Shown piece after piece: positions 41,682 through 56,359 of a stretch of 64,000 nt of DNA. A model generated the notes under the pieces. That model saw nothing but the letters and a program-made list of their open reading frames with translations, was not told the origin of the DNA and searched no databases. Source of the stretch: the human T2T-CHM13v2.0 reference genome, Homo sapiens. The stretch lies in assembly GCF_009914755.1 (NCBI RefSeq), contig NC_060930.1. The stretch is one strand, 5' to 3'. Position 1 is the stretch's first letter. Each line of letters opens with the position of its first letter. Made by a program: the position numbers and the translations under genes.

Positions 41682-42107
41682 ACATACTCAATTTAAAAAA
41701 TTTAATCTATATTTGACAATGTAGCCTAAGGTGCCCATTAGTTGATACATCATTATAGGGCAAGTGAAATTCTAGATTAATTCTTGAACAGAAATAAGAT
41801 TAAGCTGTAAATATATTTAGACTTTTCACTGCCTGATCTTGAATATCAGTTTCTTTTGGAAAGGAGAAAATGCAACTTTTCTGGCCACTGTTAACAACTG
41901 CAATCTAAAATTTTTTACATCAAATATTGTAAAAAGTTAAATTTCCAAGACAAAGACCAAGAACAGTATCATTACTTTGCAAAGGAAAGAAATATAAAGA
42001 ATACAACTTAAAATTAACCTGTGGATCTGAAATATAAAATGTTATTAAAAATAAATTAATGTTAAGGCTAGAACTGAAGATTATAGTAACCGGAACAATT
42101 ATAGCCA

Positions 42108-42113
42108 TTTATT
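42108..42113 (-). terminator. TUBE1: Candidate distal TUBE1 polyA signal (others at 42211-42216 and 42511-42516)
   Basis: TTTATT on + = AATAAA on -. Confidence 0.55.
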
Positions 42114-42829
42114 GCAAAGTTTGGAAGATATCAAGCTTAGTAACATTCTGTTCATTTGCATAAATGTCATGCAGAACAATAACAAGTAGCACTGTTGAAA
42201 AATATAGACATTTATTATAAAATCAATTGGTTTGATAAGAAAGCAATTATTTAAAAAGTTTAATACAAATACATGTTAAGTGTACAAATTAGGATTCTTT
42301 TGGGCAAACAAGTTGTTATCTAAAGAAGAAGCAAAACCTCCTTAACAGTTGTAATAAAACCTATGCCTGAAAAGTTGGTGGCTATTACACGGAAATATTT
42401 ATATTGTGTTCTTCTACTCCCAATAACTACTTTTAAAGAATCAGGATAACTTAAATAGAATATCAAAATATAAATTATAAATAATTATAAAAATATATCT
42501 GTACAAGATTTTTATTGAAGACACATCAGTGCATAAATGCCTAAATATGAGGCTATAAATACAGCAAAATATTCAAGAACTATGTTATCTCAATTTTAGA
42601 AAAGGGAACTTTTCTGAAGAGAAATGTTTGAAGTTAAGGTACTAAGATTTCACTAATTTCACACATTGGTATTACCAACAAATTGCGATTAAACAGAAAT
42701 CACTCTTTTAGACAAAAATATTTCCCGATAATATGAAAAAACTGGAGTTTCCAAATTACAAAAATGTTGAAACAGAAAGGTCAGAAAAAACAATGTGAAA
42801 TTAAGAAAGTATTTTTGAGGGTTTCTTTT

Positions 42830-42988
42830 TCACATAGCTATGCTTAGTCTGGGTAAATCCTGCACAGGCATGTTTTTTGTGGCGTCCAGTTGGTCATATT
42901 CCTGTATGAGTGCTGATAAAGATGACACAGCTTCTGTGAAACAGCTTTCTTCCATCCCTTCAACTTGTAGATAGTGATGAAGGTGAGC
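42830..42988 (-). CDS. TUBE1: TUBE1 coding exon 12 (AHLHHYLQVEGME...LSIAM-stop)
   Basis: Acceptor tttatag|GCT; TGA at 42832-42830; 12 exons sum to 1428 nt = 475 aa + stop. Confidence 0.96.
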   Translation of the reverse strand, partial: AHLHHYLQVEGMEESCFTEAVSSLSALIQEYDQLDATKNMPVQDLPRLSIAM

Positions 42989-43319
42989 CTATAAATTAAA
43001 AAATTAGGTAACGTTTACCATTTCAGGAACTTTAATACATAAGACTATCCTAAAAGGTAAATATTCCTTATTAAAATTAGAGTTCATTCAGCTCTACATT
43101 TGAAAGAGAACTTGTGTCAAATTGAATGAATCCTATAAACTCATGAATTTTCTCATTTAGAGTAAAAGTAGCATGAGTAAGCCTCTCCTCTTCAGTTATA
43201 ATCAGTACAACGCACATAATAGAAAACATCACCCCTGATTTGTAATAGTGTAATTTTTAAGAATACATCTTAAATAGCCAAAATAAACACATACAGTTAC
43301 AAAGCTGTACAATAATTAC

Positions 43320-43494
43320 CTTTTTCTTGTAGAGCCTCATGAATCTCTCTTTCAGTTCCATGAAGGTGGGCTTCACACATGTGTTATTTGCTAAAGCTAA
43401 TAACGAATGAGAATGGCCCACAGGAGGTACGGAACACAGGCTGGTCTTCCAGCCTTCTTGATTCCAGGAGACAAATTGTAGAGATGGTTTTAAT
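43320..43494 (-). CDS. TUBE1: TUBE1 coding exon 11 (LKPSLQFVSWNQEGWK...RLYKKK)
   Basis: ctcag| ... |gtaatt; 175 nt; frame continuous. Confidence 0.95.
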
Positions 43495-44175
43495 CTGAGA
43501 TTAAAAAAAAAAATCTCAGAAGGTGAGAACTAAGGTACTAAAAATGTCTGCCATATAATGGCAGCTCATATTAGTTAAACCAGAACATTATGGATGGTAT
43601 CAATCTACTTGCTTAGTTTAGACGCTAAGTTATCTATTTTTTACTATTGGCAGTAACATGGTACAGTCTGATAGTGAACTAAGAGACATTTTGTAGGGGA
43701 ACATTAAATTGGCTGTGTTGTGATTCAAGAAGCTAGAAACTCATTCCTTAAGAGTAGAAATCTAGGGATATAAAGAAATGAAGGTACTACCATTTTCCTT
43801 ACTTTGTAATTCAACAGACTAGTTTTCTTACAAATAGAATGAAATAGTAACACAAAAATCAGAAGTAGTAGTAGTACTACTATAGTAGTACTGGTGGCAG
43901 TGGTAATAAAAATAGTATAGCTACGATTTTCTGAACACTTTCATAAAATAAAACATGTCATATATCATTTAAGACTCCTAAATAAAAACCATGTACTATT
44001 ATTATCCTTATTTTACACTTGAAGAAAACAAGGCACAAAGAGACTAAGTAGTTTGTTCACAGTCACACTTTAGTAAGTGGCACTGCTAGAATTTGAAGGG
44101 CGGCTGTTAACTAACTACTATGCCACACTGTCCCAAGCAGCACACACAAATTATCTTTAAAAATATAAACCAAAC

Positions 44176-44316
44176 CTTTCAATATTTCTACGAAGATCTG
44201 AAATTTGTACATTTCCTCTAACCATGAGTGCACAGGCGAGGTAAAGACTGTGTTTGGGGTCTGCCCGAAGCAGCTGGTGATCTTTACTAAAGGCATCTGA
44301 AAACATCTGATCCAAT
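44176..44316 (-). CDS. TUBE1: TUBE1 coding exon 10 (LDQMFSDAFSKDHQLLRADP...RRNIER)
   Basis: ttgcag| ... |gtttgg; 141 nt. Confidence 0.95.
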
Positions 44317-45164
44317 CTGCAACAATGAAATTGTCATTGTTTATACAAAATATTACTTCTTTCTATGTATAACTATAAAATGAAGATAGTCCTCTATAAG
44401 TAAGAAACCACACTAAATATTACACTAACAAAATATTAGATTATATATATTCTAAAAATATTAAATAACTATACTTTTCTTGAAGCAATCTTAATGATAT
44501 GAGAAGAGAAGAAATCATATAATATTTTCTTTTTCTGGGGGAAAAGGCTTCTGCAGTATATGGGTGATTTCAGGTAGCTACAAAATGTTGACTGTAGCAT
44601 TATGAACTCTATGTAGTACTGATTTTTGAAACTTGTATTATTATTACTTAGTTCGGTATACCTTATTTATTTCATAGTATCCAAACTACTAAAACTAATT
44701 AAAAGCCTAGAACATTAAGACTATTACTTTGTAAAGTATATTATATCATAAATTTTGTTAACAGGAGGAAATTATCAAAGGACAATGTGAAGCTCTCCTA
44801 TAAAAGATGAAACTCCATAGTAGTTCTCCTAAAAGTAGAGACTTTTAACCTAAGTCTTTTAACTGAAGGATAAAAGACAAAAGAAAATAAAGGTGACTGA
44901 CAAAGTTTATATCTAACAATACACAGACTCCAATGCTAGGCTGATGCCAATGGACATTTAATAATCACCATGTTGCATACACTGTGTATGTTGCTTAGCT
45001 TGTTAAGGTCATCAGCATCCCATGCAGAAACGGAGTCCTATCTATTAGTTGGCAAAGTGGTCATTTGCTGTTGGCTTAGATGAAAACTTACCAATATCAC
45101 TTGTGACATTCCTGAAGTATAGAATTATCTTGTCAAAACTTTAGTTATAAAAAAGAATCTTTAG

Positions 45165-45461
<297 letters not shown>

Positions 45462-46127
45462 TAGTTTTCCCTTTCTTATTTACATACTGTCTCCTTACAG
45501 AGTTTGGCAGGACTTTTTCCCTCAGTCAACTGTGAATGCCACTGTGAACTTTTCAAGCTCATCATCAGTATACATGCTAAGAGTATCTTTCAAAACTACA
45601 TTTTTTGTTAAGTATACTGATGTAATCTTTATGCTTAACAATGACACACAGTTATAAAGCAAGGTGTTCTGGAAAACATACAGAGTTACATCTGAAATTC
45701 TTCTATGGTACTGGGCTGTGACAGTAGCTTTAAAACAAACTCTCATTTAATCTACCCAATAAGTATATGAGGTAGGTACTATTTCATTTTTACAGATGAG
45801 AAAAACTAAGAAAGTTTAAGTCACTTGCCCAAAGTCCTGTAGCTAGCGACAGTTAGGATTCAAATGTGTTTGTCAGACTTCAAAGGACTTTTCATAAGCC
45901 TACAAATTTAATCATTAGATTTAAGTTCAAATAGTTTAATACTGGCATTTTTCAACAATTACTTCTAAATAAAGATGCATTCATCTAATGCAAAAATGGA
46001 TGTCATCAACTCTCACAGATAAGATGATACAATTAAATAACTAGAGTTATTGCAAACTTTTTTCTCTTAAAAATGTTTTTTAAAGTAATTTGAGGCCTCA
46101 AAAAATTGAAACAAAGTTACACCTTAC

Positions 46128-46268
46128 CTTCTAGGAGGAATGTTAACATCTGTCAGTGTATACAGAGGTGTTAGGCTTGACACGAGATAATGAAGTTGAG
46201 GAAAAGGAACTAAATTCATGCTGATTTCATTAAGGTCCATATTAAGGGACCCTTCAAATCTTGCAGAG
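46128..46268 (-). CDS. TUBE1: TUBE1 coding exon 9 (SARFEGSLNMDLNEISMNLVPFP...IPPR)
   Basis: Tubulin RFxGxLNxDL...NLVPFP motif; ttttag| ... |gtaagg; 141 nt. Confidence 0.96.
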
Positions 46269-46471
46269 CTAAAAAGTTAACATTAAAATGAGAAAATTTT
46301 TAATTTTAAAATTATACACTTTAAATGTAGCTCGATTTATTCAGCAGGTAGTTTCTTAAATTCTTTTGTACACTGTTCTTCAGTGCAGAACACATGCTTT
46401 TCTTCCATATTAGTGAAAGTTAGTATCAGAACAATCATGTATAAAATAAAATATAACACACAACATCTACA

Positions 46472-46770
46472 TTTTTTTTTTCTTTCTTTTTTTTTTTTTT
46501 TTGAGACAGGGTCTCGCTCTGGTTGCCCAGGCTGGAGTGTAGTGGTGTGATCTCAGCTCACTGCAACCGCCGCCTCCCATCTCAGCCTCCTGAGCAGCTG
46601 AGACTACAGTAGGCATACAACACCTTGCCTGGCTAATTTTTGTATTTTTTGTAGATATGGGATTTTACCATGTGCCCCAGGCTGATCTCCAGCTCCTGGG
46701 CTCAAGCAATCTACCTGCCTTGGCCTCCTAATGTGCTGAGATTTACAGGCATGAGCCACCATGGCTGGCC
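46472..46770 (-). mobile_element. AluJ-like element
   Basis: Minus-strand dimer with polyT on +. Confidence 0.9.
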
Positions 46771-47354
46771 CTACAGTCATTCTTTCTGGATTATCTGAAG
46801 TGTAATCAATATACTATTATAGTTGCTCATTACACATATAAAAATATCCTATTTAAAACAAACTTTATATTTGAGTTAAACACATATAAGTCAATAATTA
46901 GTAACTGTAGAAACAACTAATTTCCTCAAGAATCTGCTTAATATACTCTATAATCTAGAATATAATAATGTCAAAGCAATCTCTGATACCAAAAAGCCAC
47001 AGAAATCTTTTGGACCAGTTAATGAGGAGGTACAGATTAGTTGGTTTAAATGATTAAGACATTCTACAGCTAAAAAATGTTTAATTTTGTCTACGTGTTT
47101 TACAAGTGTGTCAACCACAAAATCTTTTACATCATATGATATCTGTTCATATTCCATGGAACATACTTGGGGAAATGCTGCTTTGGAGTCATAGAAGGTA
47201 AAATTCTGCGTGATCACTCCAAGAAAAGATAGAAGACAAAATAAAAACAGAAGCAGCTTCTACAATTTAGAATAACTAAAAAATGCTACTACAAAAATTC
47301 AAAATATCTCCAAAAGCACAATAAAGTTTTTTGACTATCCCTGGATAGAATTAC

Positions 47355-47530
47355 CTCGTTAGGTTGAGGAGCAAATTTGCCACAATGTTATTCATTGCAT
47401 CAAAGGGCTTCTTATGCTGCTTTTTTAAAGCCCCAGAACTTGAAGTAACCAGACTCTTTGGCTTCACAGTTGTACCCAACTTTCCAGAATTCACCATGAG
47501 GTCGATTTTGCTAATGATGTCAAATAAAGA
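47355..47530 (-). CDS. TUBE1: TUBE1 coding exon 8 (SLFDIISK...LLLNLT)
   Basis: caaaag| ... |gtaatt; 176 nt. Confidence 0.95.
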
Positions 47531-47739
47531 CTTTTGAGGGAAAAACATTGGGAGAGAAGCTATTAAGAAGAGTGGATGTAGATGATATTCTACTAGGAAA
47601 GAGAAAGAAAAACAATTTAAACTGATTTTTTCTCTAAGAAGGCTGAAAAGTGAAGAGAACGTTTCATATAAACACACATACATAATACAGGACTGAATAT
47701 ATATAACATTTATTCATAAGTTCCAATGTCATTTCTTAC

Positions 47740-47927
47740 TTGATTGTCAATGGGCAATACACAGTCTGCATGCTCATTAAGTTCCTTCATTGCCAAGATG
47801 CTATTATAAGGTGAGGTTATGACATCATCCTCACCAGAAGGATAAATGGAAGTCACAAATCTGTATACTTCTGGGAATTCGTCTTCAAGCACCTTTAAAA
47901 GAAATGTGCCAAGTCCAGATCCTGTTC
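47740..47927 (-). CDS. TUBE1: TUBE1 coding exon 7 (GTGSGLGTFLL...PIDNQ)
   Basis: Second half of the GGGTGSG tubulin signature; cctcag| ... |gtaaga; 188 nt. Confidence 0.97.
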
Positions 47928-47995
47928 CTGAGGATTAAAGTGTTTTTAAAAATTAGCATAAATGATTCAGAATATAATTGTGAAGAATTTGAAAC

Positions 47996-48285
47996 TTTAT
48001 TTTTTTTGAGACAGGGTCTTGCTCTGTCACCCAGGCTGGAGTGCAGCAGCATAATCAGCTCAATGCAGCCTTGACCTCCTAGGGTCAAATGATCCTCCTG
48101 CCTCAGCCTCCCAAGTATCTGGGACCGCAGGCATGAGCCACCACGCCTGGCTAACTTTTTAATTTGTGTAGAGATAGGGTCTACCTATGTTGCCCAGGCT
48201 GGTCTTGAACTCCTAGGTTCAAGCAAGCTTCTGCCTTGGCCTCCCAAAGTGCTGGAATTACAGGCATGAGCCACCACACCTGGTC
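47996..48285 (-). mobile_element. AluJ-like element
   Basis: Minus-strand dimer. Confidence 0.9.
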
Positions 48286-49069
48286 AGAATTTATATTTGT
48301 AAAAATAATTTTCAGCTTATTTCTGTGATTATATATTAACTAATCTAATTTTGGATAAGGAAATGAAGGCAACATTCAGGAAATGAAGTCCTGAATTCCA
48401 TCTTTGGTTCTGACAGTGAGTTTGGGAGGGCCGTCTATATCTCACTCCTTTTCATATTTAAGTTATACCTATATAATGCCACAAGAACCAATTGCACATG
48501 CACAAGTAAAAAATTCAACTAAGACGGTGTTCAGTCTACATTTGATATTAAGCAACTTAAGAAAACTAACTTGACAGCTTTAGTGTAGTGTGTATATAAT
48601 CTTGATGAAAAAAACTATCATGTCATCAAGCAACTTAAACAGAGTTAAAACTGTTTACAATTAAGCATGCCTACCTCGAATTTCAAAAATTTTCAAATAT
48701 GAAACACTACTTATTTAAAAGCAGAAACTCGAGGAATCTCATTAAAGATAACTTTCTGATACATCAAGTTACATTTACATAAATTCAGAAATTTTTCAGA
48801 ACTTAAAACTGGAATCCTCTAATCCGATGTTTTTCAAACTGGGTTCTGAACTATTAGTAGGCTATGAAACTAATGAACAGATTAGTACTGTTTTCTTAAA
48901 TGAAACAGTAGAAAATAACATGTCAGATGTAGTATGAGTAAATAACATTTTCTTAATATATTTTTTCATGTGTGTATGCTGCATTGTGATATATAAAATG
49001 TATTTCATACTATTCTGGTTAAAAAAAACTTTAAACACCAATGTTCTAATCCATGCAGATAACTATTAA

Positions 49070-49990
49070 AAGGCTATGATGCTAAAAATACTAAGTCAAA
49101 GTGAGGGAGATTCTTGGGGTGATCTTTAATGAGAAGGACTTTCTAAGCGTCACAAAAAAACCAGAGCCATTACAGAAGAGACAGTTTTGATTTCATTAAA
49201 AATAAACAAAACTTCTATATATACTTAAAAAAACCCATAAAAAATAACAAGACAAACTTACAAAAAAACCCTTCAATACATATGATGGGAAGGACTAAGT
49301 TTCTCTAAGAAAGAGTTCCCACAAATCAACAACAAAAAATACGAATAATGCCACCACGAAATGGGCAAAGGATAGAAACATTTAACTCATAATAAAAGAA
49401 ATACAAATTGCAAATAGAAGTAAAGATGCTCAACCTTTCTTCTAATTAAGGAAATACAAATTAAAACTAAATACAATTTTGAATATAATAGATTTATGTC
49501 TCATGATACTCAGTATTGGTGCTAGTGTAGGGAAATAGAAACTCATACACATTGTTGCCAGTAAGAAGCACTGGTGCAATATTGTAGGAAGGTATATAGG
49601 TAATATCAGCCAAAATTTAAAATGTACATATGCTTTGGTCCTATCTTTTTCTTAGGAATACTGTCTAAAGCTATAGTGGCACAAATACAGAAGTATTTGT
49701 CCCAGACTTTCACTGATGATTGGATGTAAAAACTAAACACCATAAACACTTAATACCCATAAATAACAAACTCACTTTAAACTGTATAATTGATTCTATG
49801 ACAGAGAGCTGATATGGAAAGATGTCTGAGAAAGAGATAAAGTGGAAAAGTTACAGTATAGTATATATTGGATAATCTTGTTTATGTAAAAATATACATA
49901 CATGCTTTGATAGGCATAGAATATATCTGAAAGAACAGACATAAAAAGACCCTGCAAACCTGATCATCTGTAAGGACAGGGAGTAGGCAT
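49070..49990 (+). mobile_element. Ancient L1M 3' fragment
   Basis: A-rich L1ME-like text: aaatgggcaaagga, aaagatgctcaacc, gaaactcatacacattg. Confidence 0.6.
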
Positions 49991-51050
49991 TAGATGTGGG
50001 GAAAAAAGAACTTTACTTTTAACCTTTAGTATTAATATTTATTTTTGCTATTTTAAGTGAATTGTAAGTATGTTCTTCTGAGATGTTGGGTAGTAAAGGT
50101 ATTTTTTAAAAAGGTATAACGAACTATAAATCAAATAAAAAGCTAGCTCAAATTTGCAGGTTAATTATACTAGCACAGAAACAAATTTGTTTCTTAACCG
50201 ATGATTATGAGGATCTTTTAAAGACATGGTTACACAGCAATTTTAACTTTTAATCTTAAAATGCTATGTCAATGAATAATATGTATAAAAATCAACTGTA
50301 CATACACCTAACTTGCTGAATATAAAATCTTAATCTCAGGTTGGAGGAAAAAAGTGTGACCATTTTGTTCTTTTAAAATTTGCTAAGCGTATTTAAAAAT
50401 CAGCAAGTTACATTCTGTTTCTATTTTTACAGAACAGGGGAGCAAAATACTTCAGTTCTAAGGTATAGACTTCCCTGGGGGAAGAAAGCAATGCCAATCA
50501 TTTATTTTTACTTCAAGTTGATTAATTGCCATGTAATAAATGATCTAAAGGAATTGACTAAACTAGTTTCCTTTTTTTTCTCTTTTTGGAGACAAGAAAG
50601 GTTTGAAGATGGTTAAAGAAAGGGTATTAATATCCTTTGGCAAGCACACATCATGAGCACGTCAAAAATGCTTCACTCTAGGAAATAGGACTGTACAGGC
50701 AAACTCTAAGGAGAAAGTCAGCATTTCTCAAAAGCTCATACATCCTGAAAAGTATCTGAATGTTCTGTAAAAGAAACTAAAGGTACAAGAAAAAAAATTT
50801 TCCAGTATAGTTCTGTTGACTCTTAAGAGGGCTTACATTAAAAAAAAAAAAAAAGAAAAGAAAAGAAAATAGTGACATAATTCCACAAAATTTTAAGATA
50901 AAAAGGTGTATGTTTATATACTCAAACTACACACCCTCCGAATAGTTCTATCTTTATCAAGCACAGGTCTAAAAACAAGACTTACGTTTGCAAAATGAAT
51001 TCCCACTTATCCTTTAACACTGTTACAGGCAAATGAGTGAAAAATTTTAC

Positions 51051-51172
51051 CTCCTCCCATGGAATGTATTATAAAGAAACACTGCAAGCAATCACAGTGC
51101 TCTGCCGACTTTCTGAATTTCTCTAAAATCTGGTCTTGGTAAAGACTGCCGAAAACTTTGTGACCCACGGCC
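51051..51172 (-). CDS. TUBE1: TUBE1 coding exon 6 (AVGHKVFG...HSMGG)
   Basis: ttttcag| ... |gtaaaa; 122 nt. Confidence 0.96.
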
Positions 51173-52509
51173 CTGAAAATTAGAATATGGATTTTAAAAA
51201 TTCCTTGCATTTATTTTTTTATTTGATTAGTTCTAATCTAAATAAAAGGATTTTAAACAAATTTGAAAAGTATTCTTATTGAGCTAAGTAAAGTCTATTC
51301 TTGTTTCATGTAAATAAATCATACAATATCCTGAAGATACTAGATAGAAAACTTAACAAATATTCAGTATCTATAATCCTCAAATATCTGGATAAGTAAG
51401 CTCATTAGTAGTGAATATTAAACTATGATTTTCTAAATTCATCTTAACCTTCTCTTAAGGTACAATTCCAACAAAACAAGATTGCAGTTACATAATTTTT
51501 TCTTCTCTCCATTTAAGGCAAACTCTGAATTGTAGTGGATTTTACATACTAAAAAGCAAAATGTGGTAAACTACAGAGACACTGAAAATCAAAAATTTAA
51601 ACAAACCTATTCTGGTTTCATATATGAGAAAAAAAAGGTCACATCATGTTATTAGATGAAATGGTACATGGTAGAAATTGATAATCATGCAGCTCTGCAA
51701 GTCTTTTTAAGTTGTCCAAATTTGCAAATATCACTATGATGAATTAAAACAAAAGATTTTCCCATAATATGCATTTCAGGTATAACTCAAAAGTTACATA
51801 ATAAGTTATACAACAATTAGTAAAAATGCAGTTAGGTGGTCAGATGGGCTCACTTACTAAGTGACTGGTTCTCTGGGAACACAAGATTCAAATTTATGCC
51901 TTAGTAAAATTACATATTATTCCGCATTATGAACCTGAGGGACTGGCTGCAAATAGTGAAAATAATGAATATGAGAGATTTGCAAATAACAAGGAGCTAA
52001 TTTCTAAAAAACAGCAACAGTCTCAATGTGAATTCTTAAGTAATCACTGTTGAAGCTTTTTTCACAGTAAAGAGAAGAGACCATTATATACTCAAGGGCC
52101 TAAACAGCCTTAGGCTCAGCTTGAATGCTAGGATACTGGTCTGGCTTGCATCTCTACCAATTGTATTACATCTGACCAATTGGACAACTTGAGAGTGAGT
52201 CAAATAACATAGATAACAGTTAATGAAAGTACTTAAAACATTTGTCATTATTTAATGTTCTTCAAGAATTTATGAAACGGAATTTAGCAAATTAATTTTT
52301 CATAATTCTTCTTTTTCTTTAAAAAAGTTAGAAAGAACTAGGAGTAAATACAGGTGGCTTCCAAGCCACTATTTATTAAGGTGGTGGGCTGAAAGGCCTA
52401 GCATTATGTGGCAAATTACATCCTGTTTCGTATCAGCAGAATCTCACAATGAAGAAAGATTGCTCATTTTTTTCAGAAGATATTCAATTTTTACGCTGTG
52501 TATTCTCAC

Positions 52510-52625
52510 CAATTATTTCCTGAGCCAGAAATATCAGTGATGAGCTGTTTCGTATCAAATACATCTCTCAGTGGTCCCTGCAGAATTTCATTCACTACCC
52601 CTTCTTCCATATCAATCAAGACTGC
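52510..52625 (-). CDS. TUBE1: TUBE1 coding exon 5 (AVLIDMEEGVV...GSGNNW)
   Basis: Tubulin AVLxDxE and GxGNNW motifs; ctcag| ... |gtgaga; 116 nt. Confidence 0.96.
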
Positions 52626-54741
52626 CTGAGAAAGAAAAATAAAATATAATTAATGTATTTTCTTTTAGAGTTATTCACTCTGTAAATGAAAAGAATTTAT
52701 GCGCTGAATATTGCACTGTTCTCTTTATAGTTTAAGCTTAATTAAAATCTTTACGTAGAATCTGTTGTAAAAATTAAAAAAGAATTTCACTCTGTTTGAA
52801 AGGTGGAATCCAATTAAAAAATGGATTCTAAATTCTTTTATCCTACTCCAAAATGCCTAGTTGGGGGAAAAAAGCCCAAGAATAATCCCCTCAACTGTAT
52901 TTCTAACAAGGTCTCAGAAATGTAGAAGGTATCCTTAACCAGAACAAGTTCTCAATACAGGATGCATGAATGTACTTGCATACTAGGAACAATCATGCTG
53001 CTCTTTATGAACCACAGCTCAAAACTGTCCAACTCAAATGAGTAAATTTACCATTACGTGCAAAGCAAAGGCACTGGATAGATGTAAAAAATGACAACAT
53101 GGTCCCTTCCCCCAAGTAATTCACAATCTAATTCATTACTACAAACTTTAGCTGACATGACAGAAAACATACACTCCTAAGAAGAAATGAGAATATAAAA
53201 CACAAAATTAATTATGGAAAAAAAAAAAACAGAAAAAAAAAAAGATGAAGGACATCTAGTAAAACGTAAAGCAGGGATAGCTTGGCAGTAGGATTACATG
53301 TCCCGTCCTCCCACTTCCCTTACTTTCCATATATTCTACAGCGAGGAAGAAGAGTAAAAAAGTAAACTAAGTAGAGTTAAATAAAAAAAGCAAAGCTGAA
53401 ACAAATTCTTAGGGTACACTAAACAATGATTTGTTAACTGTTTGATTCAGTGTCACAGAGGAAGTGCTCGGTTTATGGCTTTCAGTTCTGTTACCATATA
53501 ACATTAAGCAGTGAGTTTAATCATGTGTGTAATTAACCATGCTACTTCAAGATATTACAATTAAAATAATACAGCAGTATATCATAAAGACTATAAAACT
53601 ATGTTTTACAAATGTGCTCCTTTATATAGAGCAATCATATATACACTTTACATACAGAGGACTGTATAGGATTATGTTTGGCAATGTTAGGTATTTTCAA
53701 GCATATTTCTGACAATATGCAATTTTGACCTCAAATGCTGACTTTAACACCTAAACAAACCAAAGAGAGACTTCACTGTATGGGCAAATTTTAGTACTAC
53801 AAGTTGTGAGATTATAAAAGAAAAAGCAAATTGGATTATACTGGCCTTGTTCCAAAATAGATTTATTGAGGTATGTGGAAGATTAAACATACATAAATCA
53901 TACCCTCAATTACTCTGCTATCTGGCAAGGGAGGCAATATGCAAATACAAACTGATATTCAGGTACCTCCTGAAATTAGTTTTGATAGAATCATCACTGT
54001 CCTAGTCACTTAACATTAAAATCCTGACATATAACTCTTCCAGACCTCCCTTAGTTACATCAGGCCCTTGTTTTTCCTTTGGAAATTAACTAAACTTTGG
54101 GAGAGTATTTTGGGTTCTTCACTTAGGCATCCAAGGTCTGGAGTCACAACTGTTCCAGGATTTGATGTTTGTACTTCCTTTCAGAGCCACCTGGCTTTAC
54201 AATTGTAACAGGATTTATAAAATTCTGAGTATTTATTAACCTAAGAAACTGAACACAGTGAAGGGACCCAAGCACCAAGTTATCTTGTGAAGCCTGGACT
54301 CTTCAGTGATCACAACCACATAATACCAAGAGCTCTTAAGGAGAAAATGGAAGAGTACCTTCTCGGAAAAAAAGTCAAAGGCTACAAAAACACGCTGATT
54401 TATTTTTTCCTAATAGTGTTTCCTTCACCTCTCAATCTGCTTACTGATACGGTTGTAGGAAAAAGATTCAACTGGGAGTAGTCTAGGAAATGTCAAAGTC
54501 TCTTTTTCTCTAAGATTTGGATTGGGATACCTGCTCTCTCTACATCACAAAGCATACTGTGTTAGTCAATTATTGTAACAGCCTGCAAGCACATGATCTC
54601 TGCCCTAAATTTTGTTTTCCAAGGACATCGGAGATTGCAGATACTAGATGATTCCCAGATGTCACAAAACTATTGCTCACCAGTCTTTAAGCTACTACAC
54701 CAGGTCTGATCCTTGGCATCTCAATTCCTTCCATAACATTT

Positions 54742-55035
54742 TTTTTTTTTTTTTTTGAGACGGAGTCCCGCTGTCGCCCAGGTTGGATGCAGTGGCGCGA
54801 TCTCGGCTCACTGCAGGCTCTGCCCCCCGGGGTTCACGCCATTTTCCTGCCTCAGCCTCCCGAGCAGCTAGGACTACAGGTGCCCGCCACCTCGCCCAGC
54901 TAATTTTTTGTATTTTTAGTAGAGACGGGGTTTCACCATGTTAGCCAGGATGGTCTTGATCTCCTGACCTTGTGATCTGCCCGCTTCGGCCTCCCAAAGT
55001 GCTGGGATTACAGGCGTGAGCCACCGCGCCCAGCA
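54742..55035 (-). mobile_element. AluY-like element
   Basis: CpG-rich with AluY-type text (gggttcacgccatt, gttagccaggatggtc); 15-bp TSD ccttccataacattt. Confidence 0.95.
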
Positions 55036-55606
55036 CCTTCCATAACATTTAAACTTTCTTTTCTATTATAGTCAAAGATCACTGATCAAAAATCAGAAAA
55101 AGTAGTTCGTTACAGACAATCACAGAAATATTGTTGGAATGATTAAGACTGTAAATAAGACTGTAAATATGGGCTAAGAACCTGAAGTACTTGGTTCAGG
55201 AGAACTTATATGGTGAATGGTTTTTATTCACTACAATGTGGCTGGTTCCATGTTTTTTATTGGTAGTAACTTTGATGCAAATAAATCTTCCAGTATCTTT
55301 AAATAAAACATTAAACTGTACTAGTACGTATTTCAGGTCCTTAGAGTTAAGAATGCTCCTTTTGTTATCATTTATCTAGACACTATTTCTCCTGAAAACA
55401 GGCTAACTACAGTGTTTTAAAGTATGGGCTTTTCCCCCTAATGTGTTAGGTGGACACAAATGTCTGCTTAGTTATATTTATATTAAATGTGGCTTAGTAA
55501 TTTTTTTCTACTTTGAAAAGTTTAAAGTTTTATTCTCATGATAGTTACTGAGAATAGTTATTTAAAAAATACATGTAATATAAGAATCCAAGCATATGTA
55601 TCTTAC

Positions 55607-55664
55607 TCGTGCTTTTAAAGAACATATTTTTCCCTTGGAAATACTTCCACCATCACCAACCACT
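55607..55664 (-). CDS. TUBE1: TUBE1 coding exon 4 (VVGDGGSISKGKICSLKAR)
   Basis: tttcag| ... |gtaaga; 58 nt. Confidence 0.94.
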
Positions 55665-55769
55665 CTGAAAGATAAAAAAATGAGAAATGGTCATAAGATC
55701 TTCCATGGCTAATAGCACTATCAGGTGATAAAGTTAACTTCCATTTATATAATAAGACTGCTTATAGGC

Positions 55770-56230
55770 CAGGTAAGGCAGACACAACAGCTATTCCTAA
55801 TCTCTTTCTTCCTTGCTTACCTCCCATTAGGCTGAAAAAGTGAGGTACTTAGTTTCCTGGCTTTCTTTGTAGTTAGGGCTGGCCATGTAATCCAGTTCTA
55901 GCCAATGAGATAAAGGGGAAGTATTCTGGGAAGCTTTTAAAGAAGGACCAGATGCAGTTGGTGCCTATCTTCTTTCTTTTTCCTGCCTCAAACTTGAATA
56001 TGGATGTGATTCCTGGAGAAGACTGCCATTTTATAGTCATGAAGTAATAATACAAGTACAAAAAGCCAACACACTTATGGACAGTGGAACATATATAGTA
56101 TTAGATCTTTGAGGCATTCCTTTAAACCTAGAACATCTGATTTGCAGATTTGTGAGATAAATGAATACCTTTACTGCCTCAGCCACCATTAATGTAGTTT
56201 TCTATTGCAGTTAACACCCATCAACTGATA
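55770..56230 (+). mobile_element. MLT1 (H/I/J-like) MaLR LTR
   Basis: ggccatgtaatccagttctagccaatgagat...gccatttt...tgcagttaaca. Confidence 0.65.
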
Positions 56231-56359
56231 TAACTGGTATTTACCATTGAGTATCTAAGGTTGTTCTCAGAATTTCACGTTGGAAATAAGTTGCCAAAGT
56301 ACTAAAATCTAACGCAGTATATGGGTCAATAAAGACAGTTCACAAGACGGAATATATGA

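Noticed and set aside
47531-47739. Open frame in TUBE1 intron 7 suggesting a coding retained intron
   Set aside because: Read-through from exon 7 hits a stop at 47712-47710, and the 209-nt intron is not a multiple of 3
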